In this document: piece after piece, positions 58,796 to 64,000 of the stretch
Numbering within the stretch: the first letter of the stretch is position 1
Layout: the number at the start of each line of letters is the position of its first letter
Source of the DNA: Leptospiraceae bacterium
Lineage (GTDB): Bacteria > Spirochaetota > Leptospiria > Leptospirales > Leptonemataceae
Direction: 5' to 3'
NCBI GenBank assembly: GCA_040217195.1
Contig: JAVJNR010000008.1
Coordinates: 540,198 to 604,197 of the forward strand
DNA length: 64,000 nucleotides
Made by a program: the position numbers and the translations under genes
Notes under the pieces: generated by a model
What the model was told of the DNA's origin: nothing
What the model saw: the letters and a program-made list of their open reading frames with translations, nothing else
Databases searched by the model: none

Positions 58796-59275
58796 TTCAC
58801 TCTCTTCCTGAAAGGCAACAGTCCTTCATCCACTTTATGGACCTGAAGGCACTCGTAAGTGGTTTCTACCCGCTTCGCTTCATCTATTCCCAGGTTAATG
58901 TCCGGTTATTGATCCACAAGCGAAAAAGGCATTCCCCGAATCAGATGATCCGACGATTAGATCTATCCTCTAATATCGATGAACCCGCCAGAGAAACTAT
59001 GTAGGCAGTTTTTCAGTTGAGCAATTCCAGACTGAAGGGGCGGTTTTTTTGAGAGTGAATGGATTGGATTCCCGCTGGATTCAAGAAAGCTATTCTGGAG
59101 GGCCGAGTATGGATGGAAGACAGCCGGGACGATCATTCAAACGTGATCTGATTGCCACTTGCTGCATCTGATTCAGAAATATGAATTCGCACTCCGGCTG
59201 CGCCAGAGTATCAATTCCGAATTAGTCCGCTCAACCTCAAGAGAAGAGCAAGGATGGGAGGGTTGACTTCTGGAA

Positions 59276-60442
59276 TCAACTTTGCGCGATTTTCTGCAGG
59301 TATTTGCAGATTTCCGGGCTACTCAGCAAGCCCAGGTGACCGGTGGTCATAAAGGCATGATATTCGATCTTTGCCGGCGGATTTCTGCGTTTCAACCATG
59401 CGAAAGGGGAGCGAGGCTGACTGGAAGCTTTTTGGTTGAATTCTACAAATTCCTTTCCCAGGGCGCTTCTGGTGCCTACCAGTCCATCTCCAAAATACAT
59501 GGCCAGCGGGGAAACTACTGTCTCGGACATGCTTCCAAGAAGCAGATGGTAATTCAATCCCGGCAGAGGCGGTACTTCAGTCTTTTTAACATTCATCAGT
59601 TTATTGGCATCTTCCCCTTTCCAGTCCTCTACCATGAAGCCCCAGCGAAGATCCTTGATACCGTCACTTCTTTCATCTGCTATTCGTCCGATGATTCGCG
59701 TGGGATAGTTCCAGATGCTTTTTAGAACGAAGGTAGCCACATGGCCAAACTTTTCCAGAAATGATCCGTCGTTAGGGGCTCCTATCAGTACTACATCACT
59801 CAATTTCTTGATCCATTTGCTTCTTCCTTGTTTGCCGTAGTAGCCGGCGCTTCGCACAACAAGGCCACCCATGGAATGCCCGACCAGAATGATTCTGTGG
59901 ATTTCATTTGACCTTTCCCGGATCAACTGATTCAGCAAAAGGTCCAGCGCTTGTCCGTTTTGCGAAATGTGTCGTCCGGTATTATATCGCACGTACAGAG
60001 GTTTCACATCTTTCTTTCTGGAAAGCTCCGGTCCATAGCCAGTTTTTTCCGGCATGGCCGTTTGCCAGGGAATTTCATCTGCCATCAGCCCATGGACGAA
60101 TATTACGCAGGTAAATTTTTTCGGACCAACATTATTCGCATCTCCCCAGGCGTCCGCAACCGAACAGTCTGAACCATTCATGCGAAAGCTCATTTGAATT
60201 GCAGCCGGATCATTGAATTCCTGGAGGCGATGCCCAACCAGACCATTTATGGCCGGAACGATAAAATGCTTGTTTTCGTCTCCCTTTTCATAGACATACT
60301 TCAATGTCTGTCCAGTGGCAAGAGCAACGTCTACAATGCCTTTGCCCAGAGACTGCCAGAAAGAATCCCTAACCGAGGATTCCTGAGAATTCACAGTGGA
60401 TTGTTCGGCTGACTCATAATCAGGTCTTTCAGAAGATCCCAT
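59276..60442 (-). CDS. alpha/beta-fold hydrolase (PGAP1/DUF676-like esterase-lipase)
   Basis: VIFVHGLMADE oxyanion region and the nucleophile elbow LVGHSMGGLV. ATG 60442; a TTG alternative lies at 60448. Confidence 0.75.
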   Translation of the reverse strand: MGSSERPDYESAEQSTVNSQESSVRDSFWQSLGKGIVDVALATGQTLKYVYEKGDENKHFIVPAINGLVGHRLQEFNDPAAIQMSFRMNGSDCSVADAWGDANNVGPKKFTCVIFVHGLMADEIPWQTAMPEKTGYGPELSRKKDVKPLYVRYNTGRHISQNGQALDLLLNQLIRERSNEIHRIILVGHSMGGLVVRSAGYYGKQGRSKWIKKLSDVVLIGAPNDGSFLEKFGHVATFVLKSIWNYPTRIIGRIADERSDGIKDLRWGFMVEDWKGEDANKLMNVKKTEVPPLPGLNYHLLLGSMSETVVSPLAMYFGDGLVGTRSALGKEFVEFNQKASSQPRSPFAWLKRRNPPAKIEYHAFMTTGHLGLLSSPEICKYLQKIAQS

Positions 60443-60936
60443 GAACAACTTTGAGAGCTTTGTCCAGCCAGGTCATTTCTTTTTCCGGCAGCGATCTGGC
60501 GTATTAGGCCCCCTTCCCTGGGATGCAATCATCCTGGCTTGCTTCTGTTTCCTCAAGTTACCTTCGAACAACAATGACCTTTCGATCCTCTGGCCGGATT
60601 TCGCCGCAAGGGCTAAACGAATGATGGTTTCTGTTCCAAGCTATTGATTCTGAAATTAAAGACTGGTAAAGACAGGATCTTAGATGTAATAAGCTCTTCG
60701 GTTCCATCGTTGACCATGCACTCCTTCTCACCCGGTCCTCTCATTGGGCACAGTACCTGCAACTTTAGAAGTTCGAGTCCTGGCGTGGAAAATTTGATGA
60801 CAGCTTCTGGTTGAAGCGATATTTGCTGCTTATCCGGGAAATCCGATACCCCAGATAGCGCGCACAGGAAAAAAGCCTGAAGGGCTGAAACGTTGAACCG
60901 AAAGTATGCCCCGGGCAGAGTGGGCAGTAGGTAACC

Positions 60937-61395
60937 ATGGAAGTAAGACAATTCCAGAGTGGAATTCGAAAACTGGCTATTTTTTGCCTATTTGTATTTC
61001 TTGCTGGCTGCTTTTTGCAGTCCGATGAATCTGAGTGGGACAATGGAGATGATATCTTTTATACGGCACTCTTTCTTCAGCTGGCCAGTCAGCCCGTGCA
61101 GCCCAGAATACGATTTCTTAATAGCTCCGGAGGAACGGACAAATACGCCCTCTATTCAGCCTCTGATTGCTCCGGAAGCGCTTTTGCTTCTTTCGCAGAT
61201 GCAGCACCTGGTCAGTATACTGTGTACTATCAAACCAGTTCCTTTTACTTGAATATTGATACTTCTGAATGTGTACCGGGCCAGTTCAATTTCGGAATGC
61301 CTGGCACCGCCTTGAACCGCGTTGAAATCGATTGTGAAGTGAGTGCCAGCCAGATCCAATGCAATGACCAGGCCAGCACCACCATCATACGATGA
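60937..61395 (+). CDS. small Cys-containing lipoprotein
   Basis: Lipobox FLAGC. 152 aa with several paired Cys. No family recognised. Confidence 0.55.
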   Translation: MEVRQFQSGIRKLAIFCLFVFLAGCFLQSDESEWDNGDDIFYTALFLQLASQPVQPRIRFLNSSGGTDKYALYSASDCSGSAFASFADAAPGQYTVYYQTSSFYLNIDTSECVPGQFNFGMPGTALNRVEIDCEVSASQIQCNDQASTTIIR

Positions 61396-61532
61396 TACAA
61401 ACGAAACGATTTTCCCGGGGACCCAATCCACTTAATTCCCCCTGAACGAATCTACCATTACGCCTAAAGACCGGGAACTGGAACGAAACAGATGGCTCCA
61501 GACCGTGTTGCATTCGAAATTAAGAATTCGGC

Positions 61533-62501
61533 TCAAGGCTCGATCATTCTAAGAGCCAGGTTCCCTCTCTTATGGCCTTTCTCTGCATGTTGATGCCCCT
61601 GAATCACCTCTGTCAGCTCATAGGTCTTTTCCAGCACGGGAGTGTAATCACCGGATTCTACTATCTTGCGAAAGTACTCCATATCCTCCACTGACACCGC
61701 CGCCACACCCGTATGAACCTTAACCTTCCAGAGCAGACTTCGCACAGTTGCCAGTAGCATATCCTTCATACCAGCCGAGACCAGCACCAGGTGTCCGCCG
61801 GGCTTGATCAGTTTTCGCAAAGTCTTAATATCCGTGCGATCGACGGTTTCCACAACAACATCGTACTTTTCGCTCCTATCGGAGAGCGCTTCTTTCTCAT
61901 AGTCGATCACCTCTTTCGCACCCAGTTCCCTTACCAGATCTACATTTCTGCCGCTGACCACGGCAGTGACCTGACAGCCAGTAATGCAGCCCAATTGCAA
62001 CGCTGCACTACCGACGGCTCCCGAAGCACCGATGACTAGAACTTTCATTTTGGGATCCAACTTCACTCCTTTTAAAAAATGAAAGGCAGTATGTAACCCA
62101 AACGGAATAGAGGCAGCTTGCTCATGGCTAATGGACTCTGTTCCTTTAACGATGGGAGCGGTTTCCGGCAGACAGATATACTGAGAGTAGCATCCCATGG
62201 CCAGATCAGACATTCCAAATACTCGGTCTCCCTGTGAGAATCGCCCCACTCCTGGCCCGATTTTGTCCACGGTACCGGACAAAACCGATCCCAGAACTCG
62301 TGCGGATCTCCTGGGCTTGAACAAACCGAAGAATAGACGGACCAGAAAAGGATCCGCTTTGCGAACTCTCCAATCTCCACTGTTAATGGCCGTGGAATGG
62401 ATCTTGATTCTTACCTCTCCCTTTTTCGGTTCTGGGACACTCTTCTCTACAATATGCAGCACATCCGCCGGTCCATAGTTCTCGAATTGAATAACTTTCA
62501 T
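61533..62501 (-). CDS. NAD(P)H-dependent medium-chain dehydrogenase/reductase (quinone-oxidoreductase-like)
   Basis: GroES-like N-domain (GEVRIKIHSTAINSGDW) and a Rossmann GASGAVGSAALQL. Confidence 0.8.
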   Translation of the reverse strand: MKVIQFENYGPADVLHIVEKSVPEPKKGEVRIKIHSTAINSGDWRVRKADPFLVRLFFGLFKPRRSARVLGSVLSGTVDKIGPGVGRFSQGDRVFGMSDLAMGCYSQYICLPETAPIVKGTESISHEQAASIPFGLHTAFHFLKGVKLDPKMKVLVIGASGAVGSAALQLGCITGCQVTAVVSGRNVDLVRELGAKEVIDYEKEALSDRSEKYDVVVETVDRTDIKTLRKLIKPGGHLVLVSAGMKDMLLATVRSLLWKVKVHTGVAAVSVEDMEYFRKIVESGDYTPVLEKTYELTEVIQGHQHAEKGHKRGNLALRMIEP

Positions 62502-62532
62502 TTTTGCTTGCCTCCTGCAGCCAGGCTGATAT

Positions 62533-62572
62533 CCTTACAGCGTAAGGCACAAAAATATCTTACAGTGTAAGG
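62533..62572. promoter_or_regulatory. two tandem palindromic operator-like sites in the oxidoreductase/TetR divergent intergenic region
   Basis: CCTTACAGCGTAAGG (62533-62547) and CTTACAGTGTAAGG (62559-62572). Both have a CTTAC-N3-GTAAG core, with starts 26 bp apart. They lie between divergent starts at 62501 and 62600. Confidence 0.6.
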
Positions 62573-62599
62573 TGTCAAGTTAATTGAGGTCGGATTGAA

Positions 62600-63343
62600 T
62601 TGAAAAAAAAGAAAGCACCGCAAAACCAGACAGGCAACAGCCCAATTCGGACGGTTAAGAAGAAAGAAACGAGCAGGCCGGACTCCGCAAAAGCAACCAG
62701 ACTATCCAGAGAAAGAATCATTGAGGCGGCGCTGAATCAGGCAGATCGAGATGGAATCCAGGCTTTGAGCATGCGAAAGCTGGCCGGCAGCCTGGGAGTG
62801 GAAGCCATGTCTCTCTATCATCATGTATCCTCTAGAGAGAAGCTTCTGGATTGGTTGGTAGACCGGGTCTTTGAAGAATTAAGCCTACTGGAAACAAAGA
62901 AGAAGCAAAATTGGAAACAATGGATGACTCAGCTGTCCATTAGAATGAGAGACGTCTTACTCCGGCATCCATGGGCTGTTGGATTGCTGGATTCCAGACG
63001 GAACCCTGGGCCAGGTACACTTTACTATCAAGATACCAGGCTGGGTGGATTTCTTGGTGCCGGATTTCCCCTGGACCTTGCTGCACATGCGATTGCAATC
63101 CAGGATAGCTTTGTATATGGCTTCGTCATTCAAGAGCTGGCACTCCCCTTCGAAAACGGTGAACTGGACCCGAACGATTTGGAAGGATTCACCAATTCCA
63201 TAGAACAAGGAACGTATCCCAATCTCCAGGAAATGGCTGAGAAGATAGTCTTCAAAAAGGGATATAGTTTTCGGCGGGAATTCGATTTTGGGTTGAATCT
63301 AATCATAGAAGGGCTTGCAGCGCGTTTTGATACGAGCCACTGA
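62600..63343 (+). CDS. TetR-family transcriptional repressor
   Basis: TetR_N HTH (RIIEAALNQADRDGIQALSMRKLAGSLGVEAMSLYHHVSSREKLL) and a TetR-type C-terminal ligand domain. TTG start; no in-frame ATG lies before the HTH. Confidence 0.85.
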   Translation: MKKKKAPQNQTGNSPIRTVKKKETSRPDSAKATRLSRERIIEAALNQADRDGIQALSMRKLAGSLGVEAMSLYHHVSSREKLLDWLVDRVFEELSLLETKKKQNWKQWMTQLSIRMRDVLLRHPWAVGLLDSRRNPGPGTLYYQDTRLGGFLGAGFPLDLAAHAIAIQDSFVYGFVIQELALPFENGELDPNDLEGFTNSIEQGTYPNLQEMAEKIVFKKGYSFRREFDFGLNLIIEGLAARFDTSH

Positions 63344-63407
63344 GTCTTAACAAGGTCCCGGAATTACATGGCTGCTACCACGGCCTCAGGACAAACTTCG
63401 GTCCGTA

Positions 63408-63940
63408 CTATTTCCATACTCCAGGAATCATCTGCGCATTCAGTGGAAGCCAGAAAGCCATCGATTCGACTATCCGCCTTGTTGCAAAGACCTCGATGGT
63501 CTGCCCGGCAATGATTCGATACCTAAATCGAAAAGGATCTGGAACGGAATGGGGGCCTATCCCATCCTTTGGAAGCTGCAGGTAGATCGCTGCAATCGGC
63601 GGCCGCTCGGGGATCCGACTTCTGGCTTTGATTCGGATTGGAGGCGCGATGCACACCACTGTAGCCTACCGGTAGAAACATGCTGATAGCTAAACCCTTC
63701 TTCACGAAAACAAGGTTTGATAAGCACAGTCAGCAGATTTCGCACTGCATTTGACGTAACAGGGAAACTATTAGAACTTGAATTAGAGAGATCCGGCTTC
63801 CTTCTTTCATTGAAGCAACCCGGAAAACCTATCCAATTGTTGAATTCAGGCATGGACAGGAAAATAGTGATAGTTCCAAAATGACTGTTAGTAAAAGCGA
63901 GAAGCCTTCGAATCTTCGATAGCTCCTGGATGCTAAACAA
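63408..63940 (-). pseudogene. possible frameshifted/decayed gene of unknown family
   Basis: Three overlapping minus-strand ORF pieces in different frames (63557-63940, 63523-63705, 63408-63659) tile one ~530-bp stretch. The first piece has only a TTG start. Confidence 0.2.
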
Positions 63941-64000
63941 TTTTGCTGGAAACAGACCTTTTTTGAATTACATATTAATTCTTAGTTGTACCGTTGGTCC

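Noticed and set aside
60766-60785. tRNA T-loop-like GTTCGAGTCC.
   Set aside because: The flanking bases (AGAAG / CTGGC) cannot form a T-stem, and there is no acceptor or anticodon arm context. No tRNA genes were found anywhere in the window.
60858-60935. Possible c-di-GMP-I (GEMM) riboswitch upstream of the lipoprotein gene (GCGCACAGGAAAAAAGCC...).
   Set aside because: Only the CGCACAGG stretch resembles the Vc2 aptamer. The conserved GGCAAACC...GGGACGCAAAGCC..CCGG elements are missing.
60613-60951. 112-aa minus-strand ORF between the hydrolase and lipoprotein genes.
   Set aside because: It overlaps the SD-preceded lipoprotein start. It has no motifs and implausible composition.
1-64000. 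Search for CRISPR arrays, IS elements/transposases, integrases, prophage or defence-island hallmarks (nucleases, helicases, methyltransferase-restriction pairs, toxin-antitoxin pairs).
   Set aside because: No regularly spaced repeats were seen. No DDE, tyrosine or serine recombinase motifs were seen, nor any terminal inverted repeats. The only shared 12-mers noticed (for example TACATATTAATT at ~23060 and ~63969) are expected by chance at this window size.

Overview
This 64-kb window looks like ordinary chromosomal DNA, tightly packed in the first ~36 kb and looser after ~46 kb. I support about 50 protein-coding genes. I found no rRNA, tRNA, CRISPR array, transposase or integrase. Content from left to right:

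- **22-4948:** a dihaem cytochrome c, a CmoB-like methyltransferase and clpB.
- **5510-16633:** a complete Alternative Complex III operon (actABCDEF), then a cytochrome c lipoprotein and a cbb3-like ccoN/O/P module, closed by a clear rho-independent terminator.
- **16834-21380:** recJ, a yidD-like gene, a membrane protein and mtnB.
- **21421-28493:** a chemotaxis operon, cheD-cheB-cheY-STAS-cheA-mcp-cheW.
- **28684-35541:** an MscS channel, a DUF167 protein, acnA, a rhodanese and a membrane protein.
- **35642-46402:** a second STAS protein, a fatty-acid hydroxylase, a membrane-anchored AraC regulator, a 1008-aa DUF2339-like protein, an M48 peptidase, a DUF374 protein, an SH3 lipoprotein and an MCP fused to a solute-binding domain.
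- **47060-64000:** unknown and lipoprotein genes, a crotonase, a large 7TM histidine kinase-receiver-PP2C sensor, a CBS protein, an Ntn acylase, an alpha/beta hydrolase and a divergent oxidoreductase/TetR pair with tandem palindromic operators.

The most unusual observations are:

1. The CcoN-like subunit of the cbb3 module keeps family landmarks but lacks every canonical haem/CuB histidine ligand, while CcoO and the CcoP-like subunit look intact.
2. A chemoreceptor signalling domain is followed, with no intervening TM segment, by a full family-5 solute-binding domain.
3. A translationally coupled pair of unrecognisable proteins sits between long ORF-free spacers.

The signalling repertoire (STAS, PP2C, 7TM sensors) and the lipobox style suggest a Leptospiraceae-like spirochaete. 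That is inference only. All homology calls come from motifs read by eye; no searches were run.
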